This document shows positions 53,781 to 63,034 of a stretch of DNA of 64,000 bases, in pieces. The position numbers were made by a program, and so were the translations under genes. Position 1 is the stretch's first letter. The number at the start of each line of letters is the position of its first letter. Source of the DNA: Nanobdellota archaeon (GTDB lineage: Archaea > Nanobdellota > Nanobdellia > Pacearchaeales > GW2011-AR1); contig JBBSYE010000008.1 in NCBI GenBank assembly GCA_038045385.1, positions 11,208 to 75,207 of the forward strand, read 5' to 3'. The notes under the pieces are model-generated. The model did no database searches. It worked only from the letters and a program-made list of their open reading frames with translations, and was not told where the DNA came from.

Positions 53781-54290
53781 ATGGTCTTGATGGTTGAGAT
53801 TGATGAAAAGTGGTTTGATGGATGGCCTAAAGATAAATTCACACTTTATCTTGCTCATGCTTCTGCAAGTCGTCAACTTGTGAGACAATGGGAACTTGCA
53901 TTTGAGGCAAAACATCCTGAAATCGCTCTTGTAAATCCTTTTTATGATGTTGGGGGTCCTGGAGGAAGAGAGGACGTTAAGATTGCTGATATGGGAGGAT
54001 CGCCGATAATTCATAATAATCAGCACATACTTGTAGTTGAGAGAGATAAAGAAGTAATTAGAAGATGCTTTGGAATACTTGCTGTTCTCGATAAGAGTTT
54101 TACTATTGGTGCTCCACAAGAGATAGTATATGCACATATGTGGAATAAAAGACCGAGAATTTGCGTTTGCACTAATGGGCTTCATACTAATCCTTGGTTA
54201 TTATTCCATGCTGAAAAAGAATTTGTGTTTGCTTCTTTTGAAGAACTTGATGCTAGAATAAATGAGATTGTTGCGAAGTTTAAAATTTAG
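53781..54290 (+). CDS. Nucleoside 2-deoxyribosyltransferase-like protein (tentative)
   Basis: FTLYLAHASASRQ...LVNPF and RDKEVIRRCFGILAVLDKSFTIGAPQEIVYAH resemble the NDT-like Rossmann layout. This is a weak by-eye call. Confidence 0.4.
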   Translation: MVLMVEIDEKWFDGWPKDKFTLYLAHASASRQLVRQWELAFEAKHPEIALVNPFYDVGGPGGREDVKIADMGGSPIIHNNQHILVVERDKEVIRRCFGILAVLDKSFTIGAPQEIVYAHMWNKRPRICVCTNGLHTNPWLLFHAEKEFVFASFEELDARINEIVAKFKI

Positions 54291-54478
54291 TTTCTTAAAT
54301 AATTTTTAATTCTATTAGCGTATTTTATTATCTTTTCTCCGATAGTTTGAGATGAGCGAAATTCTTCTATTCTTTGGAACATATCATCCAAATCTCTTCT
54401 TGTTAGAACTTTTCCTGCTCTGTAAAGATAGTCATCGGAAGTTCGAGCACATTCGCAACCAAAATCATCAGCAGACAT
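54287..54478 (-). CDS. Small hypothetical protein
   Basis: The ATG at 54478 gives 63 aa. The longer ORF N-terminus (to 54550) runs through the tRNA gene and is discounted. Confidence 0.3.
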   Translation of the reverse strand: MSADDFGCECARTSDDYLYRAGKVLTRRDLDDMFQRIEEFRSSQTIGEKIIKYANRIKNYLRN

Positions 54479-54510
54479 AATATTAGAAATTTTTTTACTA
54501 TAAATAATTA

Positions 54511-54584
54511 TGGGGATACCCGGATTTGAACCGGGGCCGCGACTTCCCAAAAGTCGAATCCTAACCGAGCTAGACTATATCCCC
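54511..54584 (-). tRNA. tRNA-Pro (anticodon UGG)
   Basis: Folded by hand. There is a 7-bp acceptor stem (GGGGATA/TATCCCC), a D arm with G-U pairs, an anticodon stem CGACT/AGTCG with loop TTTGGGA, and a T arm CCCGG-TTCAAAT-CCGGG. The discriminator is A and no CCA is encoded. Confidence 0.9.
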
Positions 54585-55379
54585 AATTGCTTTAAGCGGT
54601 TTTATATCATTAATAAACTTTGGCACTTCATTTTTCCGATACAAACACACATTCTTTTTGTTTGCACTCACAAAATGATAGCCGAGATGAAGCGCTAAGT
54701 CTCTAAATTCTTCAAGTAATCTACGATTAAAATTAGTAAATTTGACATATCGTTGCTTTTCTCTTTTGCAGACATAGATACACCCGTCTGTATCAATAAG
54801 GCCTCGTATGCATCGTTTTGCATATATTTCTTTGCTCTTTATCCAATCTGGAATTCCGACATTGTTTTTGATTTTATCTCCTTGAATAAGACCAAAACTA
54901 GTCAATTCTTCGGCAAACTTAGAACTATAAAAATAGAGATAGCCTTGATTCGTGGTTTTAACGATATATGGTCTTAAGCCGGCCCCGGTTATCTTTTTGA
55001 AAAGAGCACCTACATAATCCATATAATTCGTGTTTCTTTTATCGAACGCGATTTTCACGCCGCCTTTATGAAAGTGCCCGTCTCCTAACATAATTCCAAC
55101 AAATTCTGCCAAATGCTCATCTTTTTTCAATTGATTCGTAACAGGTTGGCCATGGGCATATTTTCCAAGATTTCGCTCATAATTCATTATAGCTTCCGAT
55201 AAGTCAAATGAGCGATTAAGCAATCTCGATATCTTTTCTAGATGGCTTTCTTTAATCGTTTTATTAGCGAATAACAAATTTTTAACTTGAAAACCTGCTC
55301 TTTGTCCTAGTTGTTCCAGACTGTAACCGTTATTTCTCAAAGCAGTTTTAAGTTCTTCGGTAATAATATAGCGCTTCAT
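54570..55379 (-). CDS. Free-standing LAGLIDADG homing-endonuclease-like protein with N-terminal HTH
   Basis: Two LAGLIDADG motifs (LAEFVGIMLGDGHF and IRGLIDTDGCIY). N-terminal HTH at GYSLEQLGQRAG. The last 4 codons plus the stop lie inside tRNA-Pro. Confidence 0.75.
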   Translation of the reverse strand: MKRYIITEELKTALRNNGYSLEQLGQRAGFQVKNLLFANKTIKESHLEKISRLLNRSFDLSEAIMNYERNLGKYAHGQPVTNQLKKDEHLAEFVGIMLGDGHFHKGGVKIAFDKRNTNYMDYVGALFKKITGAGLRPYIVKTTNQGYLYFYSSKFAEELTSFGLIQGDKIKNNVGIPDWIKSKEIYAKRCIRGLIDTDGCIYVCKREKQRYVKFTNFNRRLLEEFRDLALHLGYHFVSANKKNVCLYRKNEVPKFINDIKPLKAIGDIV

Positions 55380-55438
55380 GTCAATTAAAAGAGCATCTAA
55401 AATATATATTTGCTGAAGTAACTTTACCGTCGTAAAAT

Positions 55439-56155
55439 TTATTTCTTCTTCGCTGGAGCCTTTTCTGCTGGGGCTTTAGCGCCTGCTACTGGGGCAGATG
55501 CTGGAGTTGAAGCGGATGCTATTGCTGCCGTTGCAGGTGTTGCTGCAGCTAATGCCGCCTTAGCGGCATCTTCAGCCAGTTTAGCGGCTTCTTCAGCTGC
55601 TTTTGTCGCTTCCTGTTTAGCTTTAACTGTTGCGAATGTTCTTGTCAAACGGGCTTTCTTATCTGGAGAAACATCTGTTTTTTCCTGTTTGATTTCTTTG
55701 TCATAAACGCCAGAGTCTATGTCTTCATTGACTTCTTTTGCGTTCTTGTCCTCTATCATTACGCCAAGAGAAACACAACTACCAATTACTAGTTTGACTG
55801 CATTTTTCAAATCTTTTGCTAACATATTTGGTAATTTTGTCTTCGCAATGGATATTATTTGTTCGATGGCTAAATTTCCGATTTTTACCTTTTCAGGTTG
55901 TCCAGAGCCTTTTTCAGCACCAAGTTCTTTTTTAATAAGTTCGGCAGTTGGAGGAGAGAAAACTTTTATTGTGAATGATTTTGTTTTTGTGTTAACATCT
56001 ATTTCTACTGGAACTTTAACGCCTTTGAAATCTGATGTTGCTGTATTAACGTCTGTAATTACTTTTCCTAAATTGACGCCAGTTGGGCCAAGCTGCTGAG
56101 CTATAGTTGGACCTGGCTTCATCGCCCCGCCTTCAATAATCATCTTAACTATCAT
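55439..56155 (-). CDS. rpl11: Ribosomal protein uL11 with Ala/Lys-rich C-terminal extension
   Basis: MIVKMIIEGGAMKPGPTIAQQLGPTGVNLGKV...FTIKVFSPPTAELIKKE. About 75 extra residues end in AKAPAEKAPAKKK. Confidence 0.85.
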   Translation of the reverse strand: MIVKMIIEGGAMKPGPTIAQQLGPTGVNLGKVITDVNTATSDFKGVKVPVEIDVNTKTKSFTIKVFSPPTAELIKKELGAEKGSGQPEKVKIGNLAIEQIISIAKTKLPNMLAKDLKNAVKLVIGSCVSLGVMIEDKNAKEVNEDIDSGVYDKEIKQEKTDVSPDKKARLTRTFATVKAKQEATKAAEEAAKLAEDAAKAALAAATPATAAIASASTPASAPVAGAKAPAEKAPAKKK

Positions 56156-56621
56156 TAGTTTCTTCTCCTGGAGTTTCAGGCTCGTTTTCACGCCTTATAA
56201 CTCTTACGTTATCCATTTTAACTGTTACTGGAATTGGAACTGCTGCGCCTAACAAAGAGACAACTACTTCCCGCTTTTGTTTATCCACACGAAGAACTTT
56301 TCCTTTTTCTTTCTTGAATAAATCTGCAATCATTTCAACTATATCTCCGACTTCAATCTTATAGTCTTCGACTTCTGGCTGGACCATGTTCTTTATTTCT
56401 TCAAATGTAACTGTCTTGCCGATTATTCCTTTTACATAAGGAAGATTGAAAACTGCATCTTCTGCTGCATCTCTGTCTGCTGCTTCAAGAATAATATATC
56501 CTCTTAATCCGTGAGGTCTAGCGACGGCGTAAACTGCAAGCTGTTTTTTTAGAACCTTGTCGGTAATCATTTCAATTGCTTTGTCTTCTTTATTTGTTGT
56601 GACTTTTATGATGTAAATCAT
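56145..56621 (-). CDS. spt5: Transcription elongation factor Spt5 (NusG)
   Basis: NGN domain (VYAVARPHGLRGYIILEA) plus KOW (GDIVEMIADLFKKEKGKVLRVD). It lies in the conserved secE-spt5-rpl11 order. Confidence 0.8.
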   Translation of the reverse strand: MIYIIKVTTNKEDKAIEMITDKVLKKQLAVYAVARPHGLRGYIILEAADRDAAEDAVFNLPYVKGIIGKTVTFEEIKNMVQPEVEDYKIEVGDIVEMIADLFKKEKGKVLRVDKQKREVVVSLLGAAVPIPVTVKMDNVRVIRRENEPETPGEETNDS

Positions 56622-56688
56622 GCTCTGCTACCTCGTGAACTTGCAAGAAGTAGTAATGAAGAAGATTTTAATCGGTATATAAATCTTA

Positions 56689-56859
56689 TCATACTATCGC
56701 TTTCATTATTAGAGAAACTGCAAAGCCACAGAATCCTAATAAGAGAACTCCAATTGCGGATACTTTAGCAACCAGCTTGAATTCTTCTCCAGAAGGCTTG
56801 CGTAAGACTCGCCAAACTCTTAATGATTGATTGAAAAAATTCTTGAATTTCTGATACAT
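56689..56859 (-). CDS. secE: Preprotein translocase subunit SecE (Sec61 gamma)
   Basis: 56-aa ORF absent from the track: MYQKFKNFFNQSLRVWRVLRKPSGEEFKLVAKVSAIGVLLLGFCGFAVSLIMKAIV. It has the KP..eEf motif plus a single TM. Confidence 0.65.
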   Translation of the reverse strand: MYQKFKNFFNQSLRVWRVLRKPSGEEFKLVAKVSAIGVLLLGFCGFAVSLIMKAIV

Positions 56860-56888
56860 TATTCTATGAGCTTTGAGATGTTTTTAAA

Positions 56889-57533
56889 TTAATCGCCTTC
56901 TTTAATTTCCTGGCCACATCTTAAGGTATTGTTTATTTGATCGATTAAAGTATATTTTTCCTTTGAAAGAGTTCTCATTGTTGAAGGAATCTTCATTAAG
57001 ATCAATCCTACAAACCCTCCAATTACTCCGCCAGCCATAGCACTTAAAATTGGAATTCCTGCTTCAACAAGACCTGCTATTGGTGCTAAATAATGAGAAG
57101 CTCGTTCTAGATAGTTTCCTGCAGAAACCGCTGGAGAACAAGTATAAATATAAGCCGCAACTCCTGAACCTAATCCTGCAAGTAATCCGCAAGTTCCTTC
57201 AAAATTATTAATGTCATTTGCTCTTATTTTACGAATATTTGCTTCATCATAAATAGTCCTGAAAGACATTAAGAATTCTTCTTTTCCCTCGCCATTCAAC
57301 TCAAAAGAGCAAGTTGCTGAGGAAGCATTTTTCTTGCTATCATCTAAGATTGCCTCAATTGTTCTTTGAACTCTATAAATTGAAGATTTTGGATCTGTAA
57401 AAGCAGGAAATGTAGAAGTATCAATATTATAACTCACCGAGAATGTCTTTGGCTCGTATTTTCTGGTAACGCCTAAGTTAGATAAGCGATCATATTTTGA
57501 AGAGCCCGTTGGAGAAAAGTCTGCTGAGTCCAT
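56889..57533 (-). CDS. Hypothetical membrane protein (soluble N-terminal domain, Gly-zipper TMs)
   Basis: 214 aa. The C-terminal third is Gly/Ala-rich and hydrophobic. Confidence 0.4.
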   Translation of the reverse strand: MDSADFSPTGSSKYDRLSNLGVTRKYEPKTFSVSYNIDTSTFPAFTDPKSSIYRVQRTIEAILDDSKKNASSATCSFELNGEGKEEFLMSFRTIYDEANIRKIRANDINNFEGTCGLLAGLGSGVAAYIYTCSPAVSAGNYLERASHYLAPIAGLVEAGIPILSAMAGGVIGGFVGLILMKIPSTMRTLSKEKYTLIDQINNTLRCGQEIKEGD

Positions 57534-57576
57534 ATTTTTCCTTAGAATTCTATCTTTTAATCTTTTCTATACTCTG

Positions 57577-58674
57577 CTAATCGCCATTTTCAACAAAATC
57601 TATGCCTAACTCGCTACTTATTGTTCCCGATTTATCTTTGAAGTTGAAATTTGTGCCTAGAATTTGAGAGCTTTGAACGCCAGTTATTATGAGAAGAACT
57701 TTTATTGATTTCTCCATGTCTGCCGAAATTTGAGCTCCTGAAATTATTTTTGCATCTGGTGATATTCTACTTCCAATTTCTTCCATTACTAATTTGTATT
57801 CATTTAGAGACATGTCTGGACCGCCAATTATATTGACTAGAGCGCCTTTTGCTTCTCTTATGTCTGCTTCGAGAAGAGGATTATTTATTGCTCGTTCTAC
57901 CGCTTCTATTGCTCGATTATGTGCTGAATCTGATTCGCCAATGCCAATCATTGAAACTCCTCCATTGGACATTACTGCTTTGATGTCTGCAAAGTCTAGA
58001 TTTACTAGGCCAGATGTTGTTATTAGTTCGGCGATTCCTTTCACGGAGTTAGTTAAAATTTCATCTGCTACTTTGAATGCTGTGTGTAATGGGAGTTCTG
58101 GAGCTAACTCAAGTAGCTTGTCGTTTGGAATTACTATTAATGTATCTGCTACTGCAGCCATTCTCTCTAAGCCATATTGAGCGTTTTCAATTCTCTTTTT
58201 TCCTTCTACAGTGAAAGGTAATGTGACTATTCCGATTGTTAAAGCTCCTTGTTTTTTTGCTAAATCGGCGACTACTGGCGCTGCGCCAGTTCCAGTTCCT
58301 CCGCCTAGACCGCAAGTGACAAAAACTAGATCACTATTACTAATTCTCTTTTTTATTTCCTGCTCTGACTCACGAGCAGCTTCTTCTCCGATTTTAGGAT
58401 TGCTTCCTGCGCCTAGTCCATGAGTTAATTCACGACCAATGAGAATTTTATGATCTGCATTGGAGTATAATAAATCTTGAGCGTCGGTATTTAATGCTAT
58501 GACCTCACAGCCTTTAATTCCGGTTTCTTTCATTCTTGAAACTGAATTTCCTCCACCGCCTCCACAACCAATAACTTTTATTCTCGCCACTTGATTTTGT
58601 ACTAAAGTTTCAAGCTCTTTATCTATTTCATGCGTGGCGCTTGAATGCCCTCTTTTTTCTATTGTCAATGCCAT
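57577..58674 (-). CDS. ftsZ: Cell division GTPase FtsZ
   Basis: IKVIGCGGGGGNSV, NTDAQDL and the tubulin signature GLGGGTGTGAAPVVA. Confidence 0.9.
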   Translation of the reverse strand: MALTIEKRGHSSATHEIDKELETLVQNQVARIKVIGCGGGGGNSVSRMKETGIKGCEVIALNTDAQDLLYSNADHKILIGRELTHGLGAGSNPKIGEEAARESEQEIKKRISNSDLVFVTCGLGGGTGTGAAPVVADLAKKQGALTIGIVTLPFTVEGKKRIENAQYGLERMAAVADTLIVIPNDKLLELAPELPLHTAFKVADEILTNSVKGIAELITTSGLVNLDFADIKAVMSNGGVSMIGIGESDSAHNRAIEAVERAINNPLLEADIREAKGALVNIIGGPDMSLNEYKLVMEEIGSRISPDAKIISGAQISADMEKSIKVLLIITGVQSSQILGTNFNFKDKSGTISSELGIDFVENGD

Positions 58675-58696
58675 TATTAATATAAAGATAGTTCGT

Positions 58697-59386
58697 TTAT
58701 AAGGATTGTTGTGTTTCTACTTCGGGATTTTGCAATTCTTCTGATTTAATAGGTTTCTTTTCTTCTTCTTTAAAAGATAATTTTTTACCGACTAATTTTT
58801 CAAATTTTTCGGCGAATGCATTTATGAATGGCTCTAGAGGTTTTTGCGCTGTTACTATTACTTCTTTCTCGTGGACTTCAAAATTTGGAATAAATCTAAA
58901 AAAAAAGCCAAAAAATGTTTCTGCACGCTCTTTAACGTCATGAACAATATGAAGAATTTTAAAATCATAAGATAAATCTTTTCCGGCAAGAGGATGATTA
59001 AAATCGGCTATTACTCTTGAGCCTGAAACTGCGCTTATTCTTACTAATGCTCCATCTAAGGCAAGAGTCATGCCTGCTTTAGGATAAACATTTTTTTCTA
59101 TGAATGCTTTCATTGGAATAGTTCTTATTAGTTCTGTTCTTCTTGGGCCAAACGCTTCTTTTGATGGAACTTCTATTGAATATTTTTTATTGAACTCTTT
59201 GCCTTCAAGAGCATTATCAAAGCCCTGATTAACCATGTGTTCTCCGACTATTAAGATTACTTTTCTTGGAGGATTTTCTGAATCTATTTCTTTTATATGT
59301 TCTTCATCGTTGGTATCGAAGATTTTTCCTTGGGTTCTTCCTGTGAAAACTATCTGGATAAAATCTCCTTTCTTGGTATTTTCCAT
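58697..59386 (-). CDS. FKBP-type peptidyl-prolyl cis-trans isomerase (SlyD/long archaeal FKBP type)
   Basis: GDFIQIVFTGRTQGKIFDTN...FNHPLAGKDLSYDFKILHI with an inserted flap and a C-terminal domain. Confidence 0.8.
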   Translation of the reverse strand: MENTKKGDFIQIVFTGRTQGKIFDTNDEEHIKEIDSENPPRKVILIVGEHMVNQGFDNALEGKEFNKKYSIEVPSKEAFGPRRTELIRTIPMKAFIEKNVYPKAGMTLALDGALVRISAVSGSRVIADFNHPLAGKDLSYDFKILHIVHDVKERAETFFGFFFRFIPNFEVHEKEVIVTAQKPLEPFINAFAEKFEKLVGKKLSFKEEEKKPIKSEELQNPEVETQQSL

Positions 59387-59436
59387 GTGTGCGTGTGTTT
59401 AGTAAGTTTTATAAACGTTTCTTGTGGGATTGTGTC

Positions 59437-59826
59437 ATGGTGTTGAAATTAATTAATGCTACAGAAGCTAAACCTGGCACAACTATTCTTGTTGATGGAG
59501 AAGCATACACGGTTAGAACTAACGATATTAGCAAAACTGGAAAACATGGGGCTAGTAAATGTCGTATTGAAGCTATTGGGGTTTTGAGTGATAAGAAGAA
59601 AGTTCTTGCTGTGCCTGGACATGAAAGATTTGAAGTTCCTATGATTACAAAGCGCAAAGCGCAAATTTTGAGTTTCAATGATGAGAGTGCTTCAGTTATG
59701 GATTTAGAAAGCTTTGAGACTATGGACTTACCTTACGCTGAAGAAGTTAAAGGCCAACTTGAGGCTGAAAAGACTGTTGAATATTGGAATGTTGAAGGTA
59801 AGAAAGTTATTAGGAGAGTATTCTAA
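59437..59826 (+). CDS. eif5a: Translation initiation factor 5A (aIF5A)
   Basis: ILVDGEAYTVRTNDISKTGKHGASKCRIEAIGV carries the hypusine-site motif STSKTGKHG-like. The ATG at 59437 is preferred. Confidence 0.85.
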   Translation: MVLKLINATEAKPGTTILVDGEAYTVRTNDISKTGKHGASKCRIEAIGVLSDKKKVLAVPGHERFEVPMITKRKAQILSFNDESASVMDLESFETMDLPYAEEVKGQLEAEKTVEYWNVEGKKVIRRVF

Positions 59827-59996
59827 TGGCTACAAAACTTGTTGTTGCTCATAATAGAATGTTCCGAAATGTTTTCGTTTGTAGAAATTGCAATCAGAAG
59901 ACGAGAACAGAACCTATCAGAGTCGCGAATAAGTCTGTCTCGTGCAGAAGATGCCACGGGCGAGTCTTCAGACCTGTTCGGACTAAAAAGAAGTGA
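59826..59996 (+). CDS. rpl40e: Ribosomal protein eL40
   Basis: 56-aa ORF absent from the track: MATKLVVAHNRMFRNVFVCRNCNQKTRTEPIRVANKSVSCRRCHGRVFRPVRTKKK, a C4 zinc ribbon. The start overlaps the aIF5A stop (TAATG). Confidence 0.6.
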   Translation: MATKLVVAHNRMFRNVFVCRNCNQKTRTEPIRVANKSVSCRRCHGRVFRPVRTKKK

Positions 59997-60001
59997 GTTA
60001 A

Positions 60002-61390
60002 ATGAGCTTTGTACTATACGATTTGACGTTTTTAGTAGTGTTTACATTAGCGGTAGTTCTTTTCCTTTATACTCACAGAGCGAAATTGCAGAGACAGGGA
60101 GTTTTGTATTTATATCGAACTAGCATTGGGTTGAAAATTATTGAGACTACAAGCAAAAAATATGCTAAAATTTTGAAACCATTACAATATGTTGTTGTTG
60201 CTACAGGATATTTACTGATGGGGCTTATGATTTATTTTCTTGTTACCCTTGTGAAACTTTATACTTCTAATGCCGTAGTTAGAGAGACTAAAATTCCGCC
60301 TATCTTACCTTTAATTCCTTACCTGCCTGATTTATTCAAAGTAGATTTTCTTCCGCCTTTCTACTTTACCTATTGGATTTTGATTATCGCTGTTGTTGCT
60401 ATTGTTCATGAATTTGCACATGGAATTTATGCTAGATATTATGGGATAAAAGTTCATGCGACTGGCTTTGGCTTTTTAGGTCCTTTCTTGGCTGCTTTCG
60501 TAGAGCCTGATGAAAAGCATATGCAGAAAGCTAAGAAATTTCCGCAATTAGTTATTCTCGGAGCGGGAGTATTTACAAATATAATTGTTGCTTTTCTATT
60601 TCTTGCGGTGATGTGGGCATTTTTCAGCGTTAGCTTTGTTCCTGCGGGAGTTAATTTTAATGCTTACGGAACTTCCGTGCTAAACCTTGATGATATTCAA
60701 AGCATAAACGGTTTACCTCTGAGTCAAGCTGGTATTTTTGCGGAGAATGATTCATTACAAAGAATTTTCGCTAACAATCAGAGTTATTTGACTAGTGGAG
60801 TTATTTTCTCTAAAGCGCTAGAACAAAATGCTGAAGCTATAATTGTTTATGATGATGCGCCTGCGATAAATGCGCAGTTTAAAGGGCCTATACTTGCCGT
60901 GGATAATGAGAAAATTGAAAATATTGATAGTCTTAGAGAAATTCTTTCTGATAAGCTCCCAGGAGAGACAATTGAAATTTTAACAATTGTTGATGATGAA
61001 AAGGAAACAATCTTGATTACTCTTGATGAGAAAGATGGAAATGCATATTTAGGAATTGGAATTCGACCGCCAAGAGGAAAGCTAATTGGTGCGATTTATT
61101 TTGTTGTCTCTAAAATAAAAGACCCTTTTGTTTATTATGAGCCGTTATATGGAGATTTTGCTGTATTCATTTATGATTTTCTATGGTGGATGGTAATAAT
61201 AAACTTCAGCGTTGCTTTAATGAATATGCTTCCCGTTGGTATATTTGACGGTGGGCGTTTCTTCTACCTCACAATTTGGGGCTTAACCGGAAGAGAAAAA
61301 TGGGGCAAGTGGGCTTTTGCGATAGCGACTTACGCTATACTTGCCGTTTTCGTTTGGATGACGTTGCGTTGGGTTTGGGTTTTCTTCTAG
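60002..61390 (+). CDS. Site-2 protease (M50 family) with PDZ domain
   Basis: HEFAHGIYA (HExxH) in a TM, NMLPVGIFDGGRF (NxxPxxxxDG), and a PDZ-like insert between them. Confidence 0.8.
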   Translation: MSFVLYDLTFLVVFTLAVVLFLYTHRAKLQRQGVLYLYRTSIGLKIIETTSKKYAKILKPLQYVVVATGYLLMGLMIYFLVTLVKLYTSNAVVRETKIPPILPLIPYLPDLFKVDFLPPFYFTYWILIIAVVAIVHEFAHGIYARYYGIKVHATGFGFLGPFLAAFVEPDEKHMQKAKKFPQLVILGAGVFTNIIVAFLFLAVMWAFFSVSFVPAGVNFNAYGTSVLNLDDIQSINGLPLSQAGIFAENDSLQRIFANNQSYLTSGVIFSKALEQNAEAIIVYDDAPAINAQFKGPILAVDNEKIENIDSLREILSDKLPGETIEILTIVDDEKETILITLDEKDGNAYLGIGIRPPRGKLIGAIYFVVSKIKDPFVYYEPLYGDFAVFIYDFLWWMVIINFSVALMNMLPVGIFDGGRFFYLTIWGLTGREKWGKWAFAIATYAILAVFVWMTLRWVWVFF

Positions 61391-61491
61391 GGGATTGGTT
61401 TTTTGTATTTTGATGAGATAGATAGATTTTGAAATAAGGTTATTAAATTACGAAAAGAAATGATTATAAATAAACCTTGCTCTTAGAAAAG

Positions 61492-61893
61492 ATGGTTATT
61501 TGTCCATTATGCGATCAAAAAATTTCTCTATTCCAAACTTGGAAAAATATAGATGGTGAAAAATACCATGAAAAGTGTTGGAAAAATCAAGAAAAAAGGG
61601 TTCTTTCAGGAAAGAAAGGAGAAAAAGTCGCAAGAGAATACAAAAGGAAATGTAACCGATGTGGCAAAATTTGGTATGTCCCTGTGGGAAAAGAATCTTC
61701 TATGAAGAGAGGGAACGCTTTAAACGCTTTAGTTGGAATAGGTACTGCTCTCCAGGGAAATTTTGATGCGAGCACACAAGCTACAAGAAACATTGATGCT
61801 CGAAATGAGACGCTTAGTAGAATCGGTAATTGTCCCGAGTGTCATTCTTCGAATTATAAACAAGAAATAGTTGCTTATTCTAAAAAGAGATAA
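61492..61893 (+). CDS. Zinc-ribbon protein, hypothetical
   Basis: Three CxxC pairs (CPLC, CNRC, CPEC). No family recognised. Confidence 0.4.
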   Translation: MVICPLCDQKISLFQTWKNIDGEKYHEKCWKNQEKRVLSGKKGEKVAREYKRKCNRCGKIWYVPVGKESSMKRGNALNALVGIGTALQGNFDASTQATRNIDARNETLSRIGNCPECHSSNYKQEIVAYSKKR

Positions 61894-62003
61894 ATTGGTA
61901 TATTATTGCAAATTTGTACCCTGCCCTGAAAAAAATATTATAGCGCAATTTCGCTGTAACCCTCTTAAAGAAAAGTCTTTAAGTGTGTCCGAGCTATAAT
62001 TTT

Positions 62004-62546
62004 ATGGCTAAAAAATTTGGATGGAAGAAGAAAGAAGGAGAAGAGTGGTATGAACTAAGGGTTGATCTCCCTTCCTTAAGTTTGAATCAATCTTTAAAGG
62101 TGCAAGAGATGTTCGATAATAAGAATCATCAGAGATTACAAGAAAGATTTAATTTATTGATAGTTGTGTTGACAACTTTTACTGTTCTTGGAGTATTTTT
62201 CAATTTTATCATCACTTCATACAATCATTTTTGTAAAGACCCCTCAGTTTGGTATTGGATATTTTTGGTTGCCTTTGTAATATCGGCTATTTGCTTTTTG
62301 TATATTGTATTACCTAAATCCTTTTTCAAAATACGAAAAAAGACTGCAACTTATACAAATAAAATCGATAATCCGTTTAGTATTTGGTTATTTTTGGATT
62401 TATTTGTTAATATCTTAACTATGTTGGCAGTTGTAACAATATTAGCTCAGTATTATAACGGAGGAAGGTTATTCTTTCTAATTGCCTTATTTATCTTTTG
62501 GGCTTTTCGACCCCTTTATTTGGCCTTAAAACAACTAAAAAAATAA
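62004..62546 (+). CDS. Hypothetical membrane protein
   Basis: ATG at 62004. Four hydrophobic segments. Confidence 0.4.
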   Translation: MAKKFGWKKKEGEEWYELRVDLPSLSLNQSLKVQEMFDNKNHQRLQERFNLLIVVLTTFTVLGVFFNFIITSYNHFCKDPSVWYWIFLVAFVISAICFLYIVLPKSFFKIRKKTATYTNKIDNPFSIWLFLDLFVNILTMLAVVTILAQYYNGGRLFFLIALFIFWAFRPLYLALKQLKK

Positions 62547-62547
62547 T

Positions 62548-63024
62548 ATGCGAAAAAATATTATTGTAGATATTGAAAGTTTTATTCTATTCCATAAAAA
62601 TAGAATTTCTTTGTTAAAGGAATTTGCAAAAAATAAATCTCACGGAAAACTCATCTTTCAAATTTCTTTTCTTGGATTTGAAAGCCTTGCCAGACTCTTA
62701 TATCCTAAAGAAAACGACTCGTCAAAGAGGTTTATTGATCTTCTTTCTCTTCCTAATATGGGGGTCGATAGAAATACAGCTACAGAACTTTATGGTTTTT
62801 GGAGAAATTCTTTAACTCATCAAGGATTCATTGCTTATCCTTGGACAACCTTAGAGGCATGGAGCGAATATGATATTCCCTTTTTATCTTATCCGGAAAA
62901 TAAATTAAGAACTTCAACTGAGTTTCCGCCGGAATCAATGATTGCTATCTACGAGAGTCGGATTGAATATTTAGAAGACTTTTTTAAGAAAACAGAGGCT
63001 AAGAAATTAGAATTTTACCCTTAA
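62548..63024 (+). CDS. Hypothetical protein
   Basis: 158-aa ORF that starts 2 nt after the upstream stop. Confidence 0.4.
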   Translation: MRKNIIVDIESFILFHKNRISLLKEFAKNKSHGKLIFQISFLGFESLARLLYPKENDSSKRFIDLLSLPNMGVDRNTATELYGFWRNSLTHQGFIAYPWTTLEAWSEYDIPFLSYPENKLRTSTEFPPESMIAIYESRIEYLEDFFKKTEAKKLEFYP

Positions 63025-63034
63025 TTTTAGAAGA

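Noticed and set aside
53718-54185. 155-aa minus-strand ORF
   Set aside because: It overlaps the more protein-like plus-strand ORF 53781-54290, and its composition looks like an antisense shadow.
54479-54550. N-terminal part of ORF 54287-54550 (MGSRGPGSNPGIPIII...)
   Set aside because: It is translated from the tRNA-Pro gene sequence. The CDS was trimmed to the ATG at 54478 and kept at low confidence.
57794-58423. Plus-strand ORFs inside ftsZ (57794-58180, 58211-58423)
   Set aside because: They are antisense to a confidently identified FtsZ gene.
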